Source of the DNA: Ruditapes philippinarum
Lineage: Eukaryota
Reading direction: 5' to 3'
DNA length: 61,194 nt
NCBI RefSeq assembly: GCF_026571515.1
Contig: NW_026861066.1
Location: forward strand, 1-61,194
This document shows positions 1-11,697 of the stretch, one piece after another. Made by a program: the position numbers and the translations under genes. The first letter of the stretch is position 1. Every line of letters starts with the position of its first letter. Below the pieces are notes generated by a model. The model did not search any database. It saw only the letters and a list, made by a program, of their open reading frames with translations, and was not told the DNA's origin.

Positions 1-1618
1 TCCAAACTTAACAGGAATGTTCCTTTGGTGGTCACCTTTAAAAATTGTTTCAAAGAATTTAATTCCATGCAGAACTCTTGGTTGCCATTGGCAACCGAAA
101 AAAAAAACTTTAAATATCTTCTTTTAAAAAACCCTTAAGAGCTAGAGCTTAAAGATATTTGGCATGAAACATCTTCTAGTGAGTGTCTACCAAAGTTTTG
201 TTCAAATAAAATCCCTGGGGTCAAAAATTGGCCCCCCGCCCCAGGGGGTCATTTGATTTTCCCTATATGCATATAGTAAAAACTTACAAAATCTTCTTTG
301 AATGAACTCAAAGAGCTAAGAGCTAAGATATTCAGCATGAAACATCTTCTAATTGGGTGTTCTACCAAGTTTGTTCAAATAAAAAGCCCTGGGGTCAAAA
401 ATTGGCCCCGCCCCGGGGGTCATTGATTTTTGTTTTTTTATATTGTATAGCAAAAACTTAAAATAATCTTCTTTGAAAAAACCCAAAAAGCTAGAGTTTA
501 GATATTAAAAGCATGAAACATCTTCTAGTGAGTGTCTACAAAGTTTGTTCAATAAAAGCCCTGGGTCAAAATTGGCCCCGCCCCGGGGGTCTTGATTTTC
601 CCTATATGCAATAGTAAAAACTTAAAAAATCTTCTTTTGAAAAAACCTAAATACCTAGAGTTTAGATATTTGGCATGAAACATCTTCTAGTGAGTGTCTA
701 CTAAGTTTGTTCAAATAAAAGCCCTGGGGTCAAAGTTGGCCCCGCCCCAGGGGTCATTGATTTTCCCTATATGCATATAGTAAAAACTTAAAAATTCTTT
801 CTTTTAAAGAACCCAAAGAGCTAGAGCTAAGATGTTCAGCATGAAACATCTTCTAATGAGTGTGTACCAAGTTTTGTTCAAATAAAAGCCCTTGGGTCAA
901 AATTTGGCCCCGCTCTGGGGTCATTGATTTTCCTTATATGTGTATAGCAAAAACTTAAATAATCTTCTTTTGAAAAAACCCAAATAGCTAGAGTTTAGAT
1001 ATAAAGCATGAAACATCTTCTAGTGATTGTCTACAAAACTTGTTTAAATAAAAGCCCTGGGGTCAAAATTTTGCCCCCGCCCGGGGGGTCTTGATTTTCC
1101 CTATATGCATATAGTAAAAACTTAAAAAATCTTCTTTGAAAAAACTTAAATAGCTAGAAGTTCAGATATTAAGCATGAACATCTTCTAGTAACTGTCTAC
1201 AAAGTTTGTTTCAAATAAAAAGCCCTGGGGTAAAAACTGGCCCCGCCCCAGGGGTGTCATTTTTTTTAACTATATGTGTGTAGTAAAAACTAAAAAACTT
1301 CTTTAAAAGACCCAATGAGCTAGAGCTTAGATGTTTAGTATGAAATATCTTCTTATGGATGTCTACAAAGTTTGTTCAAATAAAAGCCCTTTGGTGAAAA
1401 TTGGCCCTGCCAGGGGCGGGGGGGGGGGGGAGGGTGGGTGGGGGGGTGAGATTGTTTTTCATTACATGTGTTGTAGTAAAAACTTAAACATTGTGAAACA
1501 TCTTCTAATGAGTGTCTTCCAAGTTTGTTCAAATAAAAGCCCTGGGGTTTAAAACTGGCCCCACTCAGGGGGCCTATATACAGGTGAGCGACCTCAGGGC
1601 CATCATGGCCCTCTTGTT
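1..1618 (-). mobile_element. Helentron/HINE-like non-autonomous element carrying a ~165-bp tandem satellite array (truncated by window edge)
   Basis: About 9 tandem units containing GGGGTCAAAATTGGCCCCGCCCC and GCATGAAACATCTTCTAGT; ends in CAGGTGAGCGACCTCAGGGCCATCATGGCCCTCTTGTT, the reverse complement of the start of the copy at 34568; lies in an MTRF1L intron. Confidence 0.75.
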
Positions 1619-1679
1619 TAATTATTTTTTTAAGTGAAGGTCGCTTAAATATTTGATTCTGCATATTTCATATTTACAG

Positions 1680-4600
1680 GTATGGTGGCTGAGAGTCAGA
1701 CTACAAGATCACAGGCCCAGAACAAGCAGAATGCTCTCATGCTACTGAGAACTAGGTATGTTTTTATATCATAAACCCCCTTAATTTGTGTTATGGATTT
1801 ACCTAGTTTGGAACAGTCCATTCTTGAATAAAGGGATTTCAATAACAGAATACAAAAATTGCGTTACTACCAATATAGAGCCGTATCAGCTCAATAGGGT
1901 ATTCAACTATAGTTGTAATATAGGGGTTGCTAATATTTGTGTAAGACGAAATTTCTTCTTGACAAAATATATATCTTATACATTGAGTCTAATAGTCTTT
2001 TATCTTTCACTGCTGATTCAGAAATTGTTAGGGCTCAGTAGTCATTCACTTTCAGAGAAATTAGTAATTACTGGTAAGTTATTCAGGAAAACTGACTTCC
2101 AAAATGTGAACAAAAATGTATTGATTTAATCATTAAAAAAAAACAACAAACACTGGTTAGACCAGAAAAAGGAATGGTTTGAATAACCAGGATAAAAGAA
2201 ATGAAAGTTTCTAGTATAGTTCAGCAATCAACGTTGGTATTTAAAACATAAAACAGCAGAGTAATAACCCTTAAAAATGTTTATTTTAATTGGTTTATAA
2301 ATTAGAGTAATAGCTCTTGAGGAACAAACTACATGCATGTCATATTTAAATAAGAAAAGACACTAGAAATAAATGTACAGTCTAACTTGCCCATGCGACC
2401 ACGTGTATTAAGCGACTTTTGTCTTAAACGACCACTTTAAATTCCCCCGATCATTTACTCTCTGTATCATTAATGTATTAAGCGACTTTTGCTCAACGCG
2501 ACCAGTGACCGCTAATTAGTCACCTAATTGAGATAAAGCTTTTCATTAAACGACCACTTTTACCTGTCAAGTAATTGTGTTTTTAGAGAACGCCGCCTTG
2601 TAATGTGACAAGTGTCAACAATCAAAACACAACAAATAAACGTGTGAAAAACTCTATTTCCCATACCGTTTTAGCGTATGCAAATGAAGGTAAGTATACG
2701 CGTGACGTGTATTATCCAATAATATCGGATAAACAATGCAACGCTCCGCCCCTCCTGAGATGGTGTATACGCTTGGCTTGTTGACATTTAGACTGCATTG
2801 AATTGACCTTGAACTTGATCAGCAGTTAAATTTATCGTAACAATTAGATGTAGTTTGTTTATTTCAAATGAAAAAATGCACAACAGAAAACATCTTCACT
2901 AATAGGGTTTTCGTGTTGGAGACAAGGAAAAACAACGGAGAAGTTAACAAATTCTGTAAAAAATGTCAAACATGTACGTAATGGATCAAAACTGTTATGC
3001 ACCCCGTTTTGTCAATAAATATCAGAAAGTTATTTTTTACATTTGCATCCATTTAGATTATCGGAGCATACTAATTATTCAACATTTATATAAAAATGAA
3101 GTTAAAAAACATTCCTACCGCATAAGAAAGATGTCATTTATAAATTTTGACTTTTATATCATGCTGACTGTCTTAAGAGACCGTTTCATTAAGCGACCGT
3201 TTTGGGTGTTTCCCTTGCGCGGTCGCTTAATACACGTTTGACTGTAGTTGATGTATTTGACCTGTTTTCAATGTGAAGTGTGTGAATCAGAAAATGTTTA
3301 ATTTCTGTGTGAAGTTTCTTTTGCCCTAAAATCTGCTGAATTTGTGTAATGGATTTGCCCTGCTTTTTAATTTGAAGTCTATTCAAAGATTAAGGAATTT
3401 CTATGTCAAGATACCAAAAATTGACCTACCAACAGTATACAGCCAAGCCAGACTGTACAGCTGTGCAGGTACTAGTGGTAAAGGCTAATCACTTTTAGCT
3501 CCAGAATGTTAAGGGTTAATGGAAGTGCATATTCAACAGAGCTTGTAAATGATATAGAAGTTTATGTCTTAATTTTGAACATTGATAAATATTTTAGCTC
3601 CACTTTTCGAAAAAAAAAAAAAAAATAACGCTATTGGCATGACCCATTTGTCAGCATTGGTTAACCTATTTGGTTCAATTTTCGTTTATGGTTAATAAAT
3701 TCAATACATGTACTACGAATGAAGCTATTTCATTGAAACTTTGTGTGTTGATTCACATTGACGAGTTCAACATGGCACCCTCAATTTTAAGTCAAAAGTT
3801 CATAGGTCAAGGTCATAGTGACATGTAATACCAAAACATAACTCATCTTTAAGTAAAAGTGCATTGACCTAGGAACTTGAAACATTGTATGTGTATGTAC
3901 CTTGATGAGCTCTACCTACCACACCTATTTCTCAGGTAAAAAATTCAAAGGTAAAGGTTATAGAAACCTGTTACATGAATAACAAAACACAAAACTGGAA
4001 ATTCAAACACAAAACTGGAAATTCAAACACAAAACTGGAAATTCAAACACAAAACTAGAAATTCAAACACAATACTGGAAATCAAACACAAAACTGGAAA
4101 TTCAAACACAAAACTAGAAAGTCAATCTTAGTGCAGTGACCTAAGAACTTGAAACTTTGAAAATAGATTTACCCTGCTGAGTTCTACCTGCCATACTTAC
4201 TTATTTTATGTTAAAACAATCTTTAATAACTTTTTGGATTAAGTTTTTGTTAATGGTTAATAATTCAATTATGACTTTGAAACTTTATTAAACTATGTGG
4301 ATGCATCTTGATGAGTTCTGCCTATCACACCAATTTTTGGATCAAAAGGTCAAGGTCAATGGGACCTTTACTTCAATTGACAGTGTATCTTTTTATTTAG
4401 AAAATATACAGTTAACTATACTGCACTGAGAAAATGAAGACATCACTTGTGTAATATTTAAAGGAAAGTAGCATTTTAATTTCAATGATTTGATTATTTC
4501 AGGATGTATGAAAAACAAATGAAGGAACAGACCTCTATGATAACCAGCCAGCGTAAACTTCAAGTTGGAAATAAAAATAGATCAGAAAAAATCAGAACTT

Positions 4601-4797
4601 ATAATTTTCCACAGGATAGAATAACAGATCATAGACTGGGACACAATTTTAACAACATGACTGAGTTTATGATGGGTGAGACTGGTTTACAGAATATGAT
4701 TAATGAATTACAGAAAATGGCAAAACTTGAAAATTTACACGCAATACTGGACGAGCTAGAAGATTCAGGGAAAAAGACCAAAAGAACTAAAAAATGA
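1680..4797 (+). CDS. MTRF1L: Mitochondrial peptide chain release factor 1-like, last two coding exons (1680-1755, 4503-4797); 5' part outside the window
   Basis: Exon 1680-1755 (tacag|...|gtatg) reads [26 protein letters not shown] and splices in phase (AG|G) to MYEKQMKEQ...[21 protein letters not shown], the class-I release factor RF1 C-terminal motif. Confidence 0.88.
2378..3244. mobile_element. Tc1/mariner/pogo-type MITE
   Basis: TA|CAGTCTAAC ... GTTTGACTG|TA termini; repeated subterminal motif TATTAAGCGAC(C) at both ends. Confidence 0.7.
3985..4120. repeat. 20-bp minisatellite (AAACACAAAACTGGAAATTC) x~7
   Basis: Directly visible tandem array. Confidence 0.9.
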
Positions 4798-5579
4798 TTG
4801 TGATAATAGTGCATTTTATTGATAAGAAAATTGTTTTATTGATTGTGTAGAGTTGTACTATTGTAATGGACATTCAGTTCTTGTTTATTTGAAATAGCTT
4901 TTATTTTTATTGACAATAAATCAAGTAAACACCTGTTTTGTGTTAACACTGTTTATATTCTATGACATTATCTTTCTGTATGCTGACGTTTAGCTTTCTC
5001 ATCTACAACACTTTGTTGTAAAGATGACAGTGTTAAAGTGCAATGTTTAACATTATCATACTTTAACATTTAAATATCATATTGTAGGCACATAGAATGT
5101 TAACCCAATACAGTCACATAAAAATGACATGAACCAGAGTTATTCCAGTAATGACAGGGTTCAAGCAAAGGAGGGCCAAGGCAAAGTCAAAACTGCTCAA
5201 CAGGTCACCTTTTTATAATAGTGCCTTCTGCCAGTGTCTCTCCTGTAATATAAGTATTATACAACCAGTTTATATATGATAGCTGCCATAGCCACCAAAT
5301 GTAGTCTGGATAAGAGTCTGTCATGGCCAATTCCCCCCCCCCCCAAGTCCACATGTTATCTGCTTTAAACAGGTTCAACTGTATTATTACTATAGTCACT
5401 AGTATGACCTGTCAAACAAGTGGGACATGGTGACCCTTATATCACTCACCTGATATAAAGGCTCTTAATGACAAGGAACAATTAACATTGTAAACTATAA
5501 ATGAAAAGCATATAAAGTCTAAACTTAAAGTGATATTAGTTAGTATCTGCATCTGAAATAGTGTATATGTAAAAATATT

Positions 5580-5937
5580 ACTGCTTGCTTTTTTTAAGGA
5601 AAGTCAATTGTTACTACAGAAGTAACTGATTGCTATACAAAATCATTTGATTCTCTGGAAGTCAGTGGTTGCTATGGAAATTTACTGTTTGCCATTGAAA
5701 GTCAATTGTTGCTATGTGAAGTCAATAACTGCTATAAAGTACAATTGTTGCTTTGGAAAGTCAATGGTTGCTTTGGAAATCACAGGTTGCTTTGTAAAGT
5801 TGATGGTTGTTTTGTAAGTCACTTGTTGTTATGGAACTGACTGGTTCCTTTGGAAAGTCACTGGTTTCTATGGAAATCAATGGTTGCTATTGAAGTTACT
5901 GGTTACTATGGAAGGTCAATGGTTGCCATGGAAGTCA
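5580..5937. repeat. Degenerate ~20-21-bp tandem repeat (GGAAAGTCAATGGTTGCTAT-like); duplicated at ~11060-11412
   Basis: Visible periodicity; explains ORFs 11128 and 11147. Confidence 0.75.
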
Positions 5938-6516
5938 TTTGGACCTCATGGGTATAATAAGAACAAACTTGGTAGAGGTTCCATAGACAATGTTTCATGC
6001 CAAATATCTAAATATATCTAAATATTTAAGTTTATACTACATACATTTAATGAACATATTTAATAAATTTCTTTTTAACTGTCCAGTTCTTCATAATGTT
6101 ATTTCTATTTATTTTAATTTGTTAAGTCATTTATAGTGTCTATCTGTATTATTCTTTTATTTTAAAATTGATTAAACAACAACATTAAAGATTTGATTAT
6201 GCCCCTTTCAGGGGGGGGGGGGGGGGGGTAATAAATTGTTTTGCGGATGTCTGTCATACCACTCACCCACCCTACCCCCACAAAATCCTGTATCTCCACT
6301 GGACAATAAATATAACATACATGTATAAATCATCAATCAGGAAGTTAAAATGAGCACTAAAAAGCTGGCTGTATCTTGTACAGAATGTTTACACAAGATA
6401 AAAATGATGTGACTATGACACATAGTATACTGAAAACAATACACGCTAACGATAAATATGGATATCAATTTTAAGTAGGGCATGCGTAATTTAGTCAAGC
6501 ATCAAAATTCCCTTAA

Positions 6517-7172
6517 CCCTTTCCCTCATGAGCATATTGTGAAAAATGGCCGTTTTCATTGAAAAGTCTCCTGTTATAAGTTCAAACTGCTATGAAACTA
6601 TGAAAAATGCTTCAATATTTATCAAACTTGGCACAAATATTGACTGGACCATTGCCTTTGTAACGACATGCTCAGTCTTAAATTTCCTGTTACCATCACA
6701 ACGAGGGGACATATCAAAATTGCCAAAAATCACTATTTTGCCTTGATTTTTTCCATCAAAATTTATTTCAAAGTGCTGCAACTTCTCAAAGGATTGAGAT
6801 AGAGTCAAAGGCTTTTCAGCGTTGGTTACACGTTACCTTATGATCGGCCTGGGGTCATTTTTAGCCTCTCACAAGTCCAAAATTTTCTTGGCGATGAGGG
6901 GGACTACCGCCCACCTTCAAAACCCCCAAACAGAAGGGGGCGTATCCCCCTTCTGGCAACCCCCTGATCTTTTGGATGGGGGGGGGGCATATCCCCCTTC
7001 TGGCAACCCCCTGATCTTTTGGATGGGGGGCGGCGCCGAAAAAGTGCTCACTTTTTTTAGCAACATTTCTCAAACGAAAACATGTGTTTGGGCCCCAAAT
7101 AGGACATTTTGTCACTATTTGAGGCCTTAAAGAGGGGGGGGGGGGTCGAAAGTGCGTTGTTTCGCGTGTGAA
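6517..7172. mobile_element. ~655-bp insertion at a TTAA site, specific to duplication copy A (one piggyBac-like TTAA|CCCT end)
   Basis: Copy B reads ...AATTCCCTTAAAGTTTATAATTG at ~13330 (empty site); copy A has TTAA|CCCTTTCC...GTGTG|AAAGTTTATAATTG; includes two ~40-bp GC-rich direct repeats (~6936-7030). Confidence 0.6.
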
Positions 7173-7392
7173 AGTTTATAATTGCTTATAGGAACACTGG
7201 TAATGGGAATACATTTATTGCATCACTTTATCAGTTCATTAGAATATATAATACTTTCTGTTTCAATTTTATTTCATCACAACTTAGATAAACCTGTTTC
7301 ATTATGTACCAGATATAATTACCAGTGATAAGTGAAGTAAGTTGACAACTTAAAAAAAGGTGTGTAGGGTTAAACCAAAAGGAGTAAAAAAC

Positions 7393-8961
7393 ATGGCGTT
7401 TTTCATGTCAAAATTTGGAAAACATAAAGAAGATGAACATGAAAATGGTTCTTATGATGTACATGAGGGTTGCAGGGCGTGTAACCAATGTTTCATTAGA
7501 GGACATAAACACAATGCTGTATCATTCTGTCCATCGTGTTACACTTTTCTCTGTCAGGCATGTACCACAGACCATAAACAGAAAATACAAGATCACGGTC
7601 TGATTACCGATGATTTCGAACTCTGTGAGGAATATGTTAAACTGAAAAAAAAAATCAACTACGCCACCATTGAGCTAACGCAAACTGGTAATGAAGCTGA
7701 TAATGAAGCATACTTAGCCGAGTTATACAGGGACAAGGCAATTGAAGAAATACATAAAGAGAGAGAAAAGATTAATATAATGTTAGATAAAGAAAAAATC
7801 AGAATCAATAGTGAACTAGACGAAATGGAGAGAAAAATAAAATCAAGAATACTTGAAAAGTACACAAAAGATTTTGAGAAGTTCAAGTCCGTTAAAGAAG
7901 AAGCAGAATCGGTGAAAGAAGACATACAAACGTTAAATCAAACGTACGAGTCTCTGCAACAGATGCCAAGTAATATTTCAAAGATAGTGGCAACTTGCCA
8001 AGAGCAGTACGCAGCACTTGAGCCAAAGGTCAAACAGGCTGTTCATCATAACGAAGTAACACAGTACAAATTTGAACCCGAATGGGAGCAAAGCATGAAA
8101 AAAATGTCTGTGCCAAAACTGGGACATATTCTGACACTTGATCCGGTAAAGGCAACAGAAATTGTCACGTACAAGGGAGAAATCAACGTTCATTCACCAG
8201 CAGTAGATAGGGAATTTTGTAATATAAAAGGAATGTGCATTCTTTCAACACAGTTGCTAGTTGCTGCTGACCAACAAAACAATTCCCTCAAACTACTGGA
8301 CAGAGAGCAAGGCAAACTGGTGTCAACCATTCCGATGCCGACTGGACCCAGAGATGTGACAACAATTAAGGGCACTCAAATTGCTGTCACCCTGCCAAAT
8401 ATGAAAGTAATCAAAATATTGACCTTGTCTAGCGACGGCACTGTTTCTAATGATTCTTTCATACCAGTTCATGGAGCATGCCGCGGAATTATCCACAATA
8501 ATGGAATATTTATTGTTTCGTTTGGCTTTCCAAAAAGTGAAATTAAAATTATAGACATGAATGGAACAGTAATAAAGAACATGGACATTAGACGTAATCC
8601 AGAGAGCCAATCTAGCCTGGCAGGCCTGGGTATGAGCCCTGATCAAAAAATGATCTACGTTGCTGACGAGGACAATGGATCTGTCACTTGCTTGACAACC
8701 TCCGGAAAGGTCAAGGCCATTTATAAAAATCCTAATTTTGAAAGGCCTCGAGGAGTGGCAGTAGCTAGCAATGGGCTTGTTTATGTAACAGGAAAAGGTA
8801 AAGTTCACGAACTGTCACCTAACCTCGGTCACGGGAGAATTGTGATGGATCGTAGTCATGGAATCAATTTCATACAAAGTCTACTGTACTGTGAACAAGA
8901 GAATCTACTCTACGTAGGAATGATTGCTCAAAACACAATAAAGAAATTCCATATTGAATAA
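7393..8961 (+). CDS. Intronless B-box zinc finger + coiled-coil + NHL/beta-propeller protein (RING-less TRIM-like), copy A, 522 aa
   Basis: ATG at 7393 matches the copy B start (the ORF track's GTG extension is unlikely); B-box pattern CNQC...FCPSCYTFLCQACTTDH...DH; Glu/Lys-rich helical region; NHL-like repeats (PRDVT, IYVAD, PRGVAVASNGLVYVT). Confidence 0.85.
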   Translation: MAFFMSKFGKHKEDEHENGSYDVHEGCRACNQCFIRGHKHNAVSFCPSCYTFLCQACTTDHKQKIQDHGLITDDFELCEEYVKLKKKINYATIELTQTGNEADNEAYLAELYRDKAIEEIHKEREKINIMLDKEKIRINSELDEMERKIKSRILEKYTKDFEKFKSVKEEAESVKEDIQTLNQTYESLQQMPSNISKIVATCQEQYAALEPKVKQAVHHNEVTQYKFEPEWEQSMKKMSVPKLGHILTLDPVKATEIVTYKGEINVHSPAVDREFCNIKGMCILSTQLLVAADQQNNSLKLLDREQGKLVSTIPMPTGPRDVTTIKGTQIAVTLPNMKVIKILTLSSDGTVSNDSFIPVHGACRGIIHNNGIFIVSFGFPKSEIKIIDMNGTVIKNMDIRRNPESQSSLAGLGMSPDQKMIYVADEDNGSVTCLTTSGKVKAIYKNPNFERPRGVAVASNGLVYVTGKGKVHELSPNLGHGRIVMDRSHGINFIQSLLYCEQENLLYVGMIAQNTIKKFHIE

Positions 8962-9869
8962 AAAAAGTATTTTACAAAATTGTTCAACAAATTCACAACA
9001 TGCTTAATTCTATCCAGTTTGCAACAATTTGTATATACAAGCTTATTAGCCATTACAAATTAAAACTGTTGGACAAAGTTGAACAAACATTATTTTTGTT
9101 ATCTATGCAATGGTGATTCAGATGTTAATATTCCATACAGTGTATATCAGGGGTTTATACATATGCAAGTAATTTCACATGATAATGTCCATACCCCATA
9201 GGTGCCAAGCCCATATTTCCTTATATGGCAACAAAACCAGGAATGACTAGGAAGTAAACTGAAGTGTGAGTTAAATCACATAAGCTATCCTGACAACCTA
9301 AAACAAATGTTGCTACTAATGTAGGGGTTAAAGCAGTATGCCTATACCTAAACTAACTTCCCAAAGTCAACTTGCCTAATGCTGGAACATTTTTCTGCAT
9401 ACAGCCCGTTATAAGAAAGTATCAGTAATCATAATCTATGATGTATATGTTATTATATAATACATGTATATTGTTATCATTTGTAAATAAATATACTTTG
9501 TATTATTATTCATTAAATTTTCTAAAATGGGACTTTTAATCAATGCATATATCGGATATCAAGTCAACTTAAGTGGCTGTGTATCAGGTATTATCATATC
9601 CTATTTTCAACTCTGATAACTGCATTGTATCTATAAAACTTTAACCTATTAATATAAATATGATATTGTAATACTAGTATAAGGGTTTTCACATTATTAC
9701 AGAGCCAAGCCAGCATGCACATCCTGATGTCTGACCAGACTCTATACTGTTGGTTGACTAACTTCAATTTTTCATCTTGATATCCCCCAAAAAATTGGAA
9801 GTAGGACAAGTCAGTTTAAGAAATTGAGCAAATTAAGGGCTCAATAATAGAACATTTAATTAGAACTTG

Positions 9870-10061
9870 AACTATTTCCTAATGCTAAGCATGTAACACT
9901 TCACTTCACATATTTCAAACTATTTCCTAATGCTAAGCATGTAACATTTCACTTCACATTTTTTAAACTATTTCCTAATGCTAAGCATGTAACACTTCAC
10001 TTCACATATTTCAAACTATTTCGTAATGCTAAGCATGTAACACTTCACTTCACATATTTCA
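9870..10061. repeat. 48-bp tandem repeat x4 (x2 in copy B at ~16335-16429)
   Basis: Unit AACTATTTCCTAATGCTAAGCATGTAACACTTCACTTCACATATTTCA. Confidence 0.9.
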
Positions 10062-11544
10062 TTTTAGCTTGTATGTGAATAAAGCTTGAAGCTTAAACAT
10101 CAGTCATTTGTAACCCTGTAGACCTTTAGTCTGTTCCAACACTGACATGTCAATACAGACATTAAATTCTCAATGTCCAATACCAATTGTCATGGAGAAA
10201 TTTCACCTTGTTCGAGGATCAAACCAGCAACACCTTGATTACAAATTCTGATGCTCACCTAGTTGAATTAAGCAGGTGTAAATATGAAACAACACTTAAA
10301 GCAAGAAAGACTGGTCTTAATGACACGTCAATTAATGTGCACAACAGTGAATCGCGTAAAAATGCTTTTTATCGTGTTCTTCCTTCATATAATTGTATAT
10401 GTTATAAAGGGTATAAAGCTATATGCAATGAAATATTTTCATTAAATTTAAAAGGAATAATGGCTCATCTGAATAGAATTATAATGACATTGAGTTGAAA
10501 CATCAATTTTACAAATTTAAATTTGCTCTACAACTGGGCCTCAGATATTGTGGGAACATGTAAATGTTTTCAGTATTGAGCCTTTCAAGAGGAAGTGGCT
10601 TCTGAACTCTTATTGGCTGTTATTGAAAGGGATAAGATTGCCAACTTTAAACCACTTAGCTTACTCCCTCAGTTCTTTTCCAAAAACAGAGGCAAATTGT
10701 GTCAGGGCTAGGATAAATCACAGCTTTCCTTCTTTAGTTTTAATGTGATAGCATATTTTGTACATAATAAAACTATTTTTAATATATAAATACTACTGTA
10801 ATTTATTACAAAACAATGTTTGGAAGGTACACTCTTCATCAGATATCATTTGGAATGAATTATTCTTCACTGGTTTGACTGTATTTATACTTTAGTTTTA
10901 TGTAAACAGAGGACCATGATGGCCCTTATATGGCTTGCCTAATAATAAAGACTCTTTATAACAAGGAACAATTCATATTTATAAATTAAAAGCATATAGT
11001 CTTAATCTTAAACTGATATCAGTTAATATCTGCATCTTAAATAGCGCACATGTAAAATGTTACTGGTTGCTATTGCTAAGGAAAGTCAATTTTTACTACA
11101 GAAGTAACTGATTGCTATACAAAATCATTGGATTCTCTGGAAGTCAGTGGTTGCTATGGAAATTTACTGTTTGCCATTGAAAGTCAATTGTTGCTATGTG
11201 AAGTCAATAACTGCTATAAAGTACAATTGTTGCTTTGGAAAGTCAATGGTTGCTTTGGAAATCACAGGTTGCTATGTAAAGTTGATGGTTGTTTTGGAAG
11301 TCACTTGTTGTTATGGAACTGACTGGTTCCTTTGGAAAGTCACTGGTTTCTATGGAAATCAATGGTTGCTATTGAAATTACTGTAGGAAAGTCAATAGTT
11401 GGCATGAAAGTCATTTGGACCCCAGGGTTATAATTAGAACAAACTTGGTAGAGGTTCTCTAGACAATGTTGCATGCCAAATATCTAAGCTTTAACATTTA
11501 TGGTTTTAGAAAAGTAGAATGTTTAAGTTTATACTATATACATA

Positions 11545-11697
11545 CACAGGAACTTGAAATTCCATTAAATAACCAATATTAATGATAATATCCAAATATA
11601 CCCCCTATATACTATAAATAAACATGTTTATTTATACTGTATATGGGGTATATTTTGGATATTATCATTAATATTGATAGAATTTCAAGTTCCTGTG
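11545..11697. mobile_element. 153-bp foldback MITE with 7-bp TSD (P-superfamily-like)
   Basis: ATACATA|CACAGGAACTTGAAATTC...GAATTTCAAGTTCCTGTG|ATACATA; almost fully palindromic; absent from copy A. Confidence 0.8.

Larger units (their letters stand above)
5414..10866 (+). repeat. Tandem segmental duplication, copy A
   Basis: Colinear with 10904-17544: upstream degenerate repeat, TRIM-like CDS, 3' flank, shared end ...ATCATTTGGAATGAATTATTCT. Confidence 0.85.

Noticed and set aside
1331-1664. ORFs with Gly- or Pro-rich runs (also 34479, 35160, 44680, 21972)
   Set aside because: They lie within satellite/HINE elements
7360-7392. GTG-initiated N-terminal extension of copy A
   Set aside because: Not conserved in copy B; eukaryotic ATG at 7393 has a good context (AACATGG)
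7659-8808. Antisense ORFs over the TRIM-like genes (and 13828-14977)
   Set aside because: Shadow ORFs of the sense CDS with no recognisable motifs
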